Positions 8,830-19,745 of a stretch of DNA of 32,000 nucleotides are shown in pieces. Within the stretch, counting starts at the first letter, position 1; each line of letters opens with the position of its first letter. The notes under the pieces are model-generated. The model did no database searches, was not told the origin of the DNA, and worked only from the letters and a program-made list of their open reading frames with translations. Origin of the DNA: Parasynechococcus marenigrum WH 8102 (GTDB lineage: Bacteria > Cyanobacteriota > Cyanobacteriia > PCC-6307 > Cyanobiaceae); contig NC_005070.1 of NCBI RefSeq assembly GCF_000195975.1, positions 1,650,001-1,682,000 of the forward strand, in the 5' to 3' direction. The translations under genes were made by a program, and so were the position numbers.

Positions 8830-10740
<1,911 letters not shown>

Positions 10741-11112
10741 TCAGCGCCAGATCACCCGCAATCGATTGGGTGCGATCCACTGATCCTGCTCGCTGAGAAA
10801 CCGTTTCGCACCGCCGATGCTGAACAACCGATCAAAGCGATGCTGCAGAGTCTCTAGCTTCTTCGATTCAAGATTCACCACCGCTGCAATCTCGCCATGG
10901 CGCTCAAGCCGCTCCTGATAGGCCACAGATAGGCGCGCCACGCTGACGCAACCCACCAGGATCAGCGCAGCCTTGGCGGCCAGAGCGATCAGGCTGCAGT
11001 GCAGTTCCTGCCGGTCCAACTGGCGCTGAATCGTTGCAGCACGGTTGGCGGCCGCTTCAGCGGATGGCTGATTCGGGAGCCGGGATGACTTTGTCTTGGA
11101 CGCCGTCACCAC
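10741..11112 (-). CDS. Hypothetical membrane protein (one TM helix followed by a coiled-coil-like segment; FtsB/DivIC-like architecture)
   Basis: 123 aa with a GTG start and no Met in the ORF. LIALAAKAALILVGCVSVARL is a predicted TM helix. No competing ORF covers this gap and the codon usage looks host-like. Confidence 0.6.
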   Translation of the reverse strand: MVTASKTKSSRLPNQPSAEAAANRAATIQRQLDRQELHCSLIALAAKAALILVGCVSVARLSVAYQERLERHGEIAAVVNLESKKLETLQHRFDRLFSIGGAKRFLSEQDQWIAPNRLRVIWR

Positions 11113-11144
11113 GACTACTCAGATGTCCGCTTGTAACGCAGTGA

Positions 11145-11249
11145 TCAGGCCTCGTAAAGGCTGATAGAGAGACGCAGGGCCAGCACGGCAGCGTGGGCGG
11201 CCACCACGAGAGCGACGAATACTTCAGCCGAAGTCAGAGCGGTGGCCAT
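11145..11249 (-). CDS. psaM: Photosystem I reaction centre subunit XII (PsaM), 34 aa
   Basis: Too short for the ORF track. Hand translation gives MATALTSAEVFVALVVAAHAAVLALRLSISLYEA*. It has the same length and pattern as known PsaM (from memory, Synechocystis MALSDTQILAALVVALLPAFLAFRLSTELYK). Confidence 0.8.
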   Translation of the reverse strand: MATALTSAEVFVALVVAAHAAVLALRLSISLYEA

Positions 11250-11332
11250 GGGAAAAAAGACACAAGTGATCCCATTGTTCTCCCTCAGCAGGGCTTCAGG
11301 CCATCATTCGCAAAGGCCTGTCACACCCGTCG

Positions 11333-11803
11333 ATGGAACCGGTTCAGATCAACGCCGATGCGATCCGGCGTCTCGACCTCACTCCCCTGCAGCCCTGGAG
11401 CAGCCAGCCGCTGCCGTCGCTGCTGGAGCAAGGCCCTGCTTTGGAACTGCAGTTCGACTGGCCTCGCGATCCTTCGGATCCCCGGGAACTTGCCGAATGC
11501 CCCGAGCCACGGCTCTGGGCCCTACGGGCCGATGCCCGTTTTCCCTGGCTACCGCTGCTGTTGGAGCGCGACCAGGGCAGTTTGATCCGCCATGTGGCCA
11601 TGGTGGTGCCCCACAGCTTCAACCGCAGTGAGGGATTGCGCTTCGAGCCCCAGGCCCTCGAGCTGTGGATCACCCACCGGCTGATGCAACTGGATGACCT
11701 CTGCACCGCCACGCTGGGACGCCCCCAACGGGGCAACCTGTCGCAGATGGCAGCCTCCCTCGGCTATGAGCTTGATGCCGGCTTCTGGACCCTGTTGAGC
11801 TGA
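11333..11803 (+). CDS. Conserved cyanobacterial hypothetical protein (possibly CRR6/DUF1817-like; not verifiable here)
   Basis: 156 aa ORF filling the gap between psaM and the TauE-like gene, soluble and acidic. The family assignment is from weak memory only. Confidence 0.65.
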   Translation: MEPVQINADAIRRLDLTPLQPWSSQPLPSLLEQGPALELQFDWPRDPSDPRELAECPEPRLWALRADARFPWLPLLLERDQGSLIRHVAMVVPHSFNRSEGLRFEPQALELWITHRLMQLDDLCTATLGRPQRGNLSQMAASLGYELDAGFWTLLS

Positions 11804-11806
11804 GCC

Positions 11807-12580
11807 TCAGACCCACAGCAAATGAAGGGCCCGCCGGCAGCTGTCCACCGCCAGCACGATGGCCAGGCCCCGCAGCAACCGCACCAGCACCACCGCGTCA
11901 AACCGATCCAGTCGCCTGGCGGACCATTGCGCGGCCAGGGCCGCCACGCCCCCCAGCACCAGTCCCATCCAGGGCACCCCTCGCCCCTCATGCAGGAACT
12001 GCAGCGAAGCGGCTGACGCTGAGCAGAACACCGCCACGGTGCTGAGGCGCACCGCCCGATGAATGGGAACCCCCAGGGGTCCGTTCATCAGCGGCACCAT
12101 CACCAGGCCACCGCCAAGGCCGAGCATTCCTGCGGTCCACCCGGCAATGCAGCCCACCCCCGCCAACAACCCCACCTGGCCGCCGGTCTCCTCGTCCTCG
12201 CCGGGTGTTGCCTCCTCCTCCCGCACGCGTACGGCAAAGGCCAGCACCACGTAGATCAACGTCTGCATCGCCAGCAGCAGCCAGCCGCTCACCACGCCGG
12301 CCAGACCGCCGAACAACAGCGCTGAACCAAAGGCGGACAGTCCAATGGCCAGACCGGTTCGAACCGGCAGCGATCCACTGCGCAGGTGGGACACCAGGCC
12401 CGCCAGGGCCGTGGGAACGATGGCAAAGCTGCTGGTGGCCAAAGCCTGATGGGGCGGAAGATCCAACCAGAGCAGCAGGGGCGCGAAGATCAAACCACCT
12501 CCGATGCCCAGCAGGCCGGCCAACCCGCCGGCCAGCAGGCCAAGGCCGATCAGCAGGGGGATGTCCCACCAGGGCAGCAC
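11807..12580 (-). CDS. TauE/SafE (TSUP, DUF81) family anion exporter-like membrane protein
   Basis: 257 aa and polytopic. LLIGLGLLAGGLAGLLGIGGGLIFAPLL and a second GLGGGLVMVPLM repeat are typical of TSUP proteins. GTG start. Confidence 0.85.
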   Translation of the reverse strand: MLPWWDIPLLIGLGLLAGGLAGLLGIGGGLIFAPLLLWLDLPPHQALATSSFAIVPTALAGLVSHLRSGSLPVRTGLAIGLSAFGSALLFGGLAGVVSGWLLLAMQTLIYVVLAFAVRVREEEATPGEDEETGGQVGLLAGVGCIAGWTAGMLGLGGGLVMVPLMNGPLGVPIHRAVRLSTVAVFCSASAASLQFLHEGRGVPWMGLVLGGVAALAAQWSARRLDRFDAVVLVRLLRGLAIVLAVDSCRRALHLLWV

Positions 12581-12606
12581 GTCATCGCTCGCTCACGATC
12601 TCCAGC

Positions 12607-13359
12607 ATGCCGACCGCCCGATCCCCTGGCCGACTCATTCCCAACCGGATCGCGGATGGCCCGACCCAGATGGCCATCGATGCGCTGCTGCTGGCCCAGG
12701 CCACGGAGGTTCCGGTGCTGCGCTTCTACCGCTGGGACGGACCTTGGCTGTCCCTGGGCCGCCATCAGCGCCACTGGCCCCAGCACTGGGAGCAACTGGC
12801 GCGGGAGGGTCGCCTTCGCATGGTGCGTCGGCCCAGTGGCGGCCAGGCCGTGCTCCACGCAGGGGGGCTCACCTACGCACTGATCTGGCCTTCGGCCCCA
12901 CGCCGACGCAAGCAGGCTTACCGCGAGGCCTGCCAATGGTTGATCGATGGCTTCAGCCAACTTGGTCTGCCGTTGCAGTTCGGGGACGATCCCGCCCTTG
13001 GCAGCGGCAACAATTGCTTCGCCAGCTCCACCGCTGCAGATCTCGTGGACCGTGCCGGCGTGAAACGCATCGGCAGTGCCCAGTGCTGGCAGCACGGACG
13101 TCTGCTGCAGCACGGCGAAATCCTGCTGGACCCTCCGCCGACGCTCTGGCAGGCGGTATTCGGCGAAGCCGCCCCGCCTGCGGCAGCGGCAAAGCTCAAC
13201 CGGCTGACCCTGGATCAACAGCTAATCAACGCCATGGCGATGGCCTGGCCTGATGTGGCCTGGGAGGAGATGCCCCTCAGCGACGACGAACATGCTCAGG
13301 TGGAGGGGCGTTTGCGGTCCGTTTGTTCGGAATTTGCGGGCATCGACGCAACGATCTGA
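12607..13359 (+). CDS. Lipoate-protein ligase family protein (biotin/lipoate A/B ligase domain)
   Basis: The start is set at ATG 12607 (MPTARSPGRL...). The track ORF start at 12205 lies antisense inside the TauE-like gene. LRFYRWDGPWLSLGRHQ...VRRPSGGQAVLHAGGLTYAL...KRIGSAQ are LplA/LipB-superfamily motifs. Confidence 0.8.
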   Translation: MPTARSPGRLIPNRIADGPTQMAIDALLLAQATEVPVLRFYRWDGPWLSLGRHQRHWPQHWEQLAREGRLRMVRRPSGGQAVLHAGGLTYALIWPSAPRRRKQAYREACQWLIDGFSQLGLPLQFGDDPALGSGNNCFASSTAADLVDRAGVKRIGSAQCWQHGRLLQHGEILLDPPPTLWQAVFGEAAPPAAAAKLNRLTLDQQLINAMAMAWPDVAWEEMPLSDDEHAQVEGRLRSVCSEFAGIDATI

Positions 13360-14555
13360 GGCAGCATCACCAGTCCCATCGGGTAGCTGTTGTGGCGTCG
13401 GGCCTCATCGAGGATCGGAGCGGGAAGGCGCACCCCTAATCGCTTCAGCACCGCTTCACCGATGTCCATGCGATCCAGCGTGCCGGCAGGGAGCCCTGCT
13501 GGGCTGAGCACCAGCACGCGTCCCTGTTGAGAGGCCTCCACAGCCTTGATCGCTTGCCAGATGGGCGCGTTGTCGGCAATGGAAGGAAGGGAGTCGAGGG
13601 GGCGGAGATGGTCGCCGACGGTCTGCCGATCCCATTGCTGAACCGGCAGATCCCGCAGGGGCTGGTCATCCACCCAGCCCAGCCAATGGGGGCCACGGCA
13701 GATCAGCACCCAATCCGCTCCACGCTTGGCCTCGTCGTCCTGCAGCCGCAGCTGACTGAGCTTTCGCAGGGGTTGATCCGATTCGATCACCCTGAAGCGG
13801 CGACTGGCGGCATCAGCCACCTTCAGGTCCTGAAGCACCTGTTGCAACACCAACATCTGGGACTGACTGCGATTCGCTCCCAGGCCGAACCAACCGATCA
13901 GCATCAACATCACACCGTTGAAGCCGCCGCCCTGCAGCAGCAGCAGGCCACCCATCACGATCAACAGGGTGGCCAGGGCACGGCCAGACGCCGCGGCCAC
14001 CTGCATGCCCCGCTTCTGACTGCCGCTGAACTGCCACACCAGCGCCTTCAGTATCAACCCGCCGTCCAAGGGCAAACCGGGCAGCAGATTGAACAACCCA
14101 AGCATCAGATTGAGCAGACCGAGCTGGGTGCAAAGCAGCGTGAGCAGGGGGCTGACAGCACCGGCCGGCACCGCTGCAAGCAACAGGCCGAGGGCCAGCA
14201 GCAGGCTGACCAGCGGACCAGCGGCGGCAATCCGCAGACTGCCCATGGCCGTGGCGCACTCCTTCTCCACTCGGGCGATGCCCCCCAGGTGAAACAGCGT
14301 GATGCTGAGTACCTTCACCCCTTCGCGGACAGCCATCACGGCATGGCCGAGTTCGTGCAGCAGCACCGACAGAAACAGCATGAGTGCTGTAGCCAACCCG
14401 AGTCCCCAACTCACCAGCATCGGAACTGCTGGAGTGACCTCACTCGCATAACGCCCCTGAAAGAGCGTGGTGAAGATGGCCAGGGCAAACAACCAGCTGG
14501 GCTGGATCCGCAGCGGAACGCCCCGAAAGGTCAACAGGGTCCAGCCTTCTCCCAC
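13296..14555 (-). CDS. Site-2 protease family (peptidase M50) with C-terminal CBS-like region
   Basis: 419 aa with HELGHAVMA (HExxH) and NLLPGLPLDGG (the second M50 motif), plus multiple TM helices. GTG start. The 3' end overlaps the lipoate-ligase-like gene by 64 nt. Confidence 0.88.
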   Translation of the reverse strand: MGEGWTLLTFRGVPLRIQPSWLFALAIFTTLFQGRYASEVTPAVPMLVSWGLGLATALMLFLSVLLHELGHAVMAVREGVKVLSITLFHLGGIARVEKECATAMGSLRIAAAGPLVSLLLALGLLLAAVPAGAVSPLLTLLCTQLGLLNLMLGLFNLLPGLPLDGGLILKALVWQFSGSQKRGMQVAAASGRALATLLIVMGGLLLLQGGGFNGVMLMLIGWFGLGANRSQSQMLVLQQVLQDLKVADAASRRFRVIESDQPLRKLSQLRLQDDEAKRGADWVLICRGPHWLGWVDDQPLRDLPVQQWDRQTVGDHLRPLDSLPSIADNAPIWQAIKAVEASQQGRVLVLSPAGLPAGTLDRMDIGEAVLKRLGVRLPAPILDEARRHNSYPMGLVMLPQIVASMPANSEQTDRKRPST

Positions 14556-14588
14556 CGCTGCTCCATGGTGTCGCTGCCCCAGTAGGGC

Positions 14589-15287
14589 GTGTCCACCATG
14601 ATCCTAAGGAGATCAGCCAGCAGGATCTTGCGCGATCAATCCACCGCTCCAGCCGTGAAGATCTGCGGCCTCACCGACACCGAACAGGCGCTGGCGATCG
14701 CTGCCATGGGTGCAGATGCCATCGGTGTGATCGGCGTGGCAGGAACTCCCCGTTACCTCGAAGACAGCCCTCGTCGGGGCCTGTTCAGCCAACTGCAGCT
14801 GCACTTTCCTTCGCTCCAACGGGTTTGGGTTGTGGCGGACCCATCGAACGCGATGCTCGATGCATCACTGCAGGGCGAGGGCACCCCAACGGTGATCCAG
14901 CTGCATGGCCAGGAACCCCCCGCGCAGTGCCAGGCGTTGCGACAACGCCACCCCGAGATCACCGTCTGGAAGGCCCTGAGATTGCGCAGCCAGGACGACC
15001 TCCATGCCGTGAAGGGCTATGTGCAATCAGTCGATGGCCTGTTGCTAGATGCCTGGAGTCCGGATCAGCTGGGGGGCACGGGCCATCGGCTCCCCCTCGA
15101 CTGGCTGGCGGAAACCACATTGCCGCTGCCTTGGTGGTTGGCCGGTGGCATCAGTGCGGAATGGATCCCGGAGCTGCTTGACCGCGTCACACCCGATGGC
15201 CTCGATGCCTCAAGCCGACTTGAGGTGCGCCCCGGCTGGAAGGACCTCGAGAAGGTGAACGCTCTGCTGTCGGCAGTTCGAGCCTGA
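14589..15287 (+). CDS. trpF: Phosphoribosylanthranilate isomerase
   Basis: 232 aa with VKICGLTDTEQALAIAAMGADAIGVI...LLDAWSPDQLGGTGHRLPLDWL...LAGGI. The start is either GTG 14589 or ATG 14598. Confidence 0.9.
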   Translation: MSTMILRRSASRILRDQSTAPAVKICGLTDTEQALAIAAMGADAIGVIGVAGTPRYLEDSPRRGLFSQLQLHFPSLQRVWVVADPSNAMLDASLQGEGTPTVIQLHGQEPPAQCQALRQRHPEITVWKALRLRSQDDLHAVKGYVQSVDGLLLDAWSPDQLGGTGHRLPLDWLAETTLPLPWWLAGGISAEWIPELLDRVTPDGLDASSRLEVRPGWKDLEKVNALLSAVRA

Positions 15288-15290
15288 CGA

Positions 15291-16052
15291 TCAGGTGCTG
15301 AGCAGCGCCTCCTGCTGACGCACCAGTTCGAAGAATTCCTGCTTCAGGCTCGGGTCGTGGCGGAAATCGCCCCGCACCACGGAATTCACCATGCTGGTTT
15401 GCGGCTCTTTCACACCGCGCCACTTCATGCAGTAGTGCTGGGCCTTGATGATGATGCCGAGACCCTGGGGCTCACAGAGCTTTTCGATCTCATCGGCCAG
15501 GATCATCACCGCCTCTTCCTGGATGTGGGGGCGTGAGAAGACCCAGTCCGCCACGCGCGTGAACTTGGACAGTCCGATCACCCGGACACCGGGTTTGATG
15601 CCGATCCAGCAATTGCCCATGATGGGCACCAGGTGATGAGAACAGGCCGAACGCACCGTGATCGGGCCAACGGTGTAGATCTCATCCAGCTTCTTGACGT
15701 TGGGGAAACTGGCCACCTTCGGTTGGTGGTGGTAGCGGCCTTTGAACACCTCATGGAGATACATCCGAGCCACACGCTCGGCGGTTTCATGGGTGTTGTG
15801 ATCGTTGTCGATATCGATCACCAACGTGCGCAACAGGTCGCGGACTTTGTCCGCAACCTCAACCTCCAGCGCTCTCAGTTCACCGGGTTCGATGTGCTCA
15901 GCAATATTGTCGTTGGCGAGGAACGACACCCCTGCGGCCTGAAGCCGCTCGCGGATCCGGCTCGACACCTCGGCACTAAGACGAGGCTGGCCGTTGCCGT
16001 TGGAGATGCCATTGCTGGCGCCGTTGGTCACGAAAGGGACGGTGGTGGTCAT
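15291..16052 (-). CDS. folE: GTP cyclohydrolase I (type 1, FolE)
   Basis: 253 aa with ERVARMYLHEVFKG...SACSHHLVPIMGNCWIGIKPG..VIGLSKFTRVADWVFSRPHIQEE, the FolE signature. It has a Gly/Asn-rich N-terminal extension. Confidence 0.93.
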   Translation of the reverse strand: MTTTVPFVTNGASNGISNGNGQPRLSAEVSSRIRERLQAAGVSFLANDNIAEHIEPGELRALEVEVADKVRDLLRTLVIDIDNDHNTHETAERVARMYLHEVFKGRYHHQPKVASFPNVKKLDEIYTVGPITVRSACSHHLVPIMGNCWIGIKPGVRVIGLSKFTRVADWVFSRPHIQEEAVMILADEIEKLCEPQGLGIIIKAQHYCMKWRGVKEPQTSMVNSVVRGDFRHDPSLKQEFFELVRQQEALLST

Positions 16053-16062
16053 GGCTATTCGT

Positions 16063-16770
16063 TCAGAAGGCGCCGGCAGCCGGCATGAGGGTTAAATCTT
16101 CGATCACCTGGTTGACGGGTTGTTCGGCCAGGTTCACCAAAGCCTCCGCTGCCTGGTCGACGGAGAGCATGGCACGACGATCGAAATCGCTTTGTACGGT
16201 TTCCGTGTCCCACAGGGGGGTGTTAACGGCACCGAGGGTGAGGGTGCAGGCGCGGATTCCATGGGCTCGCTCCTCTTCCGCCAGACAACGGGTGAAGCTG
16301 GCCAGAGCCGCTTTGCTGACGCAATACGCCCCCCATTGCGGGAAGGCATTGCGAGCGGCGTGGCTGTTGACGTTGATTACCAAACCTCCAGTAGCGCGCA
16401 TGGCAGGAACCACGGCCGCACAAACCTGCATGACGCTGGTGACATTCAGCTGCATCAACCACTGCCAACGCTCCAACGGCATGGCCAGCAAATCTCCCTT
16501 ATAAGCAGCACCTGCGTTGTTGATCAACACCGCAGGAGGAGAGCCCTGCTCCAGAAGGCCTGTCAGCGCTGGCTGAATGGCGTGGGGATCGGTCAGGTCA
16601 ATGGAGCGGACATCCACCTGAATACCCATCGGCAGCAATTCAGCCGCCAATTGCTCAAGTTGATCGCCACTGCGGGCAACAATCTTGAGATCCCAACCCT
16701 TGCGGGCTAACAGTTCAGCAGTTCGGCGGCCAATGCCACGACTTGCACCCGTAATCAGAGCCGTTGGCAA
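16063..16770 (-). CDS. Short-chain dehydrogenase/reductase (classical SDR), substrate unknown
   Basis: 235 aa with ALITGASRGIGRR (TGxxxGxG), NNAG and YCVSKAA (YxxxK). It is packed between accA (24 nt) and folE (10 nt). Confidence 0.88.
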   Translation of the reverse strand: MPTALITGASRGIGRRTAELLARKGWDLKIVARSGDQLEQLAAELLPMGIQVDVRSIDLTDPHAIQPALTGLLEQGSPPAVLINNAGAAYKGDLLAMPLERWQWLMQLNVTSVMQVCAAVVPAMRATGGLVINVNSHAARNAFPQWGAYCVSKAALASFTRCLAEEERAHGIRACTLTLGAVNTPLWDTETVQSDFDRRAMLSVDQAAEALVNLAEQPVNQVIEDLTLMPAAGAF

Positions 16771-16794
16771 GCGCTGTTTGCAAACCGTGACAGA

Positions 16795-17784
16795 TTAATC
16801 GATTTTGCCAGGATTCTGTGAATTTCCTTCAACAAAGCGCCCCATCGCACGGAATTTTCGATAACGACCCTCTTTTAACTCACGTTCCGACAGGGCCAAC
16901 AGCTCACCGAGATGCCGCTCCAGTGCAGCCCGCAGGGTCTGACCTGCCTCCAGAGGGGCCCAGTTGTTTCCGCCGGACGGCTCCTCAAGAACCTCATCCA
17001 CCACACCGAGCTCCAAGAGGTCGACACCGGTGATGCGCAGCGCCGTGGCCGCATCAGGTGCCTTGGCCGCATCCCGCCAGAGGATCGAGGCACACGCTTC
17101 AGGACTGGCCACGGTGTAGACGCTGTGCTCGAACATCAGCAAGCGGTCGGCTACGCCGATACCAAGGGCTCCGCCGGAACCACCCTCACCGATCACTGTG
17201 GCGATCACAGGGACCCGCAGCCGGAACATCTCGCGCAGATTGACGGCGATGGCTTCACCCTGCCCCTGCTCCTCCGCCTGCAGCCCTGCATAGGCCCCCG
17301 GAGTGTCGATAAAACTCAGGATCGGTAGTCGGAATCGATCGGCATGCTCCATCAGACGCATAGCCTTGCGATACCCCCCTGGGGTGGCCATGCCGAAGTT
17401 CCGGGCAACGTTCTCCTTGGTGTCGCGTCCCTTCTGATGGCCGATCAACAGCACCGGCTGATCACCGAGACGCCCAACACCGCCCACCAGGGCCTGATCA
17501 TCGTTGCCGCGTCGATCACCATGCAATTCAATCCAGTCGTCACAGAACATCTGGATGAAATCCAGGGTGCTGGGACGATGGGGGTGACGGGCCACCTGGA
17601 TCTTCTGGGCCGGCGTTAGCCCCTGGAAAATCTCCTGACGACGGCGTGCCGCCAGAGACTCCAGCTGATGGAGCTGCTGACTGACATCCACCTCGGAATC
17701 CCTGGCGAGCTGGCGGATCTGTTCGATCTGCTGCTCCAGCTCCACCAGAGGCTTCTCGAATTCGAGTAGGGGGCGGCGAGGCAT
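16795..17784 (-). CDS. accA: Acetyl-CoA carboxylase carboxyltransferase subunit alpha
   Basis: 329 aa with [18 protein letters not shown]...[13 protein letters not shown]...[22 protein letters not shown], typical of AccA. Confidence 0.96.
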   Translation of the reverse strand: MPRRPLLEFEKPLVELEQQIEQIRQLARDSEVDVSQQLHQLESLAARRRQEIFQGLTPAQKIQVARHPHRPSTLDFIQMFCDDWIELHGDRRGNDDQALVGGVGRLGDQPVLLIGHQKGRDTKENVARNFGMATPGGYRKAMRLMEHADRFRLPILSFIDTPGAYAGLQAEEQGQGEAIAVNLREMFRLRVPVIATVIGEGGSGGALGIGVADRLLMFEHSVYTVASPEACASILWRDAAKAPDAATALRITGVDLLELGVVDEVLEEPSGGNNWAPLEAGQTLRAALERHLGELLALSERELKEGRYRKFRAMGRFVEGNSQNPGKID

Positions 17785-17794
17785 GGCGTTGGTA

Positions 17795-18835
17795 TCAGGC
17801 GGCGGCGGCCTGGGCAGAGGGGTTGAGGTTCAGCGTGGAAAAACCATGGCGCACCGAAGCAGCTCCGATGAAGTCCATCTTCTCCAGGGTGATGTTGTTT
17901 CGCCCCCAGCTGAAATTCGTATGACAGCGCTCGAACTCCAGCAGCATGGCCTCAGCGAAGCAGGCAAACATCTGCCGTTGTGGCTTCTCCATTTCGGCGA
18001 TTTGCATCATCGTCCAGCCGATGTCCTTGCAGAACTCAACGATTCCTCCTTTGAGGACATGAATGCCGCCACCGGCAACTTTGGTGTCGAGGTTTTTCGG
18101 ATAGCCGCCGTCGATCATCAGGCAGGGCTTGCGCAAGCTGGCCTGATCGATCTCCAGGGTGCGCGGCATGCTCGCCACCCACACCACCACATCCGCCTCG
18201 GGCAGGGCCTCATCCAGGGTGAGGATTCGTCCGCCGCCGATCTGCGCCTGAAGGTCCAGCAACGGCTGCTGCTGGCGGGCTACCAGCAACAGCTCTCCAA
18301 CACCGGTGCGCGCTGACAGCCAACGGCACACGGCACTGCCGATGTCTCCAGTGGCACCCACCACAGCCACCTTGGCGGTTTTCAGGTCGATGCCGAGTGT
18401 TGGTGCGTTGTTCTCCACCTGACGGCAGATCACCCAGGCGGTGTGGGTGTTGCCGGTTGTGAAGCGCTGCCACTCCAGCGTTGTGCTGCGCACCGTCTGG
18501 TGCTGCAGCAGGTTGAAATTCTCAAAAATGATCGAGGTGAAGCCACCGAGGGCGGTGATATTGATCCCCTTCTTCTGCGCCAGCTCCATGGCATTCAGAA
18601 CCTTGCGCCGCGCCGTTTTGAACCGGCTCAGCATTTCCGGAACGAAACAGGAATCGATGTAGGCACCTTTGATCGTGGTCCCAGTGGGACTGGAGATCTC
18701 CACGTGTTCCACCAGCTGCGGTGGTGCGCTGCACCACACATCGAGATCTCCATCAGCGATGTGATCGAAACCCAGTTCCATCGCTTTGCGACGGGCTGCA
18801 TCGAAGCTCGTTGAATGCCCGATCAGACCAAACAT
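17795..18835 (-). CDS. aar: Long-chain acyl-[ACP] reductase (alkane pathway, fatty-aldehyde forming)
   Basis: 346 aa, [44 protein letters not shown]...[15 protein letters not shown]. It matches the cyanobacterial AAR family and is adjacent to ado. Confidence 0.93.
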   Translation of the reverse strand: MFGLIGHSTSFDAARRKAMELGFDHIADGDLDVWCSAPPQLVEHVEISSPTGTTIKGAYIDSCFVPEMLSRFKTARRKVLNAMELAQKKGINITALGGFTSIIFENFNLLQHQTVRSTTLEWQRFTTGNTHTAWVICRQVENNAPTLGIDLKTAKVAVVGATGDIGSAVCRWLSARTGVGELLLVARQQQPLLDLQAQIGGGRILTLDEALPEADVVVWVASMPRTLEIDQASLRKPCLMIDGGYPKNLDTKVAGGGIHVLKGGIVEFCKDIGWTMMQIAEMEKPQRQMFACFAEAMLLEFERCHTNFSWGRNNITLEKMDFIGAASVRHGFSTLNLNPSAQAAAA

Positions 18836-18948
18836 GCACCCGCTCTAAACACGCCGCTAATGACGACCCGATCGTCCATGCTCCCACGGCACGGCAGGAT
18901 TCAGATCAGGTTCCTGTGGACAAACCGGCGGAAGGGGTCTGATTGACC

Positions 18949-19668
18949 TCAGACCGCAAGGGCTGCAGCAGCCATCCGGGCAATGTCTCTGGAGGTGAAT
19001 CCGATCTCCCCGAGAGCTTCCTGATAGGCGATGAGGAAATCTTCGATCAGGTCTTCCTTCTCCATGTGCAGCACTGCAGCATCGGACGCAACCTCTTCCA
19101 GCATTGAGCGGATCAAGGGGAGGTTGGCTTTGTTGGCCTCGAACAGCTCATCCTTGCTGGCTTCAAAATTGGCCTTGAGCCATTCCTGGCCGTAATTCAG
19201 ATGGGTGTATTCGTCCTTCACCACACCCTCTGTGATCTTGCGAGCAAAGGGATCGGCTACGGGGATGTAGATGTGATAAGCCGAAATCGCAAAGGCTTCG
19301 ATCAGCAGGGCCTGGATCAGCAGGCAGGTCACCACTTTGCCCTCCTTCAATGCGGCCTGGAAGTTCCCGTGCAGGGGCTCGAAGAATTTCTTGGCGAACA
19401 CCATGTCCGCCTCGACCCCCAGGTTGCGGCCGCAGGAGGTGAAGCCTTTCATGTGCTTCATTTCCATCCGCGCCAGCTTCGCCAGTTCGTCCTTCTGATC
19501 AGGGATCAAGCTGCCGAGGGAGATGTAATTGTCGTGGGCTTCCTGCTCGCCCTCGATCACGATGGCGTTGATGCGGCTGTAGGCATCCTTGTAAGCCTCA
19601 GTAGTGAAATCAGGCAGCGCGTCCAGGCCCTCCACCACAGCTGCCTCGGGTGCGTTGAGGGTCGTCAT
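18949..19668 (-). CDS. ado: Aldehyde-deformylating oxygenase (alkane pathway)
   Basis: 239 aa with [23 protein letters not shown]...[42 protein letters not shown], the di-iron ADO signature. Confidence 0.96.
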   Translation of the reverse strand: MTTLNAPEAAVVEGLDALPDFTTEAYKDAYSRINAIVIEGEQEAHDNYISLGSLIPDQKDELAKLARMEMKHMKGFTSCGRNLGVEADMVFAKKFFEPLHGNFQAALKEGKVVTCLLIQALLIEAFAISAYHIYIPVADPFARKITEGVVKDEYTHLNYGQEWLKANFEASKDELFEANKANLPLIRSMLEEVASDAAVLHMEKEDLIEDFLIAYQEALGEIGFTSRDIARMAAAALAV

Positions 19669-19745
19669 AGGACGTGGTCCACCACTTTCAGTGCGACTGA
19701 GAATAACCAGGACCCCACAATCTTGGTAAGGGAAGCGTTCTCAGT

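Noticed and set aside
12354-12367. 14-bp perfect palindrome CCGGTTCGAACCGG
   Set aside because: It lies inside the TauE-like CDS as an isolated single copy with no flanking structure, so it is most simply chance. The GGTTCGAA core is not embedded in a tRNA cloverleaf.
12205-12606. N-terminal 134 codons of the track ORF 12205..13359
   Set aside because: This part is antisense to the TauE-like gene and Pro/Arg-rich. The ligase-domain homology only begins after the ATG at 12607.
13527-14585. 352-aa plus-strand ORF
   Set aside because: It is antisense to the M50 protease gene, which has HExxH and NxxPxxxLDG motifs. The translation is Gln/His/Gly-rich with no recognisable domain.
14694-14701. 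HIP1 palindrome GCGATCGC
   Set aside because: There is only one full copy in 32 kb and it lies inside trpF. There is no HIP1 enrichment to report.
18836-18948. Possible small ORF (18 aa, [18 protein letters not shown]) or riboswitch in the ado-aar spacer
   Set aside because: The ORF overlaps the aar start out of frame and has no supporting signal. I could not recognise any known riboswitch or Yfr sRNA consensus here. The spacer more likely holds an internal aar promoter.
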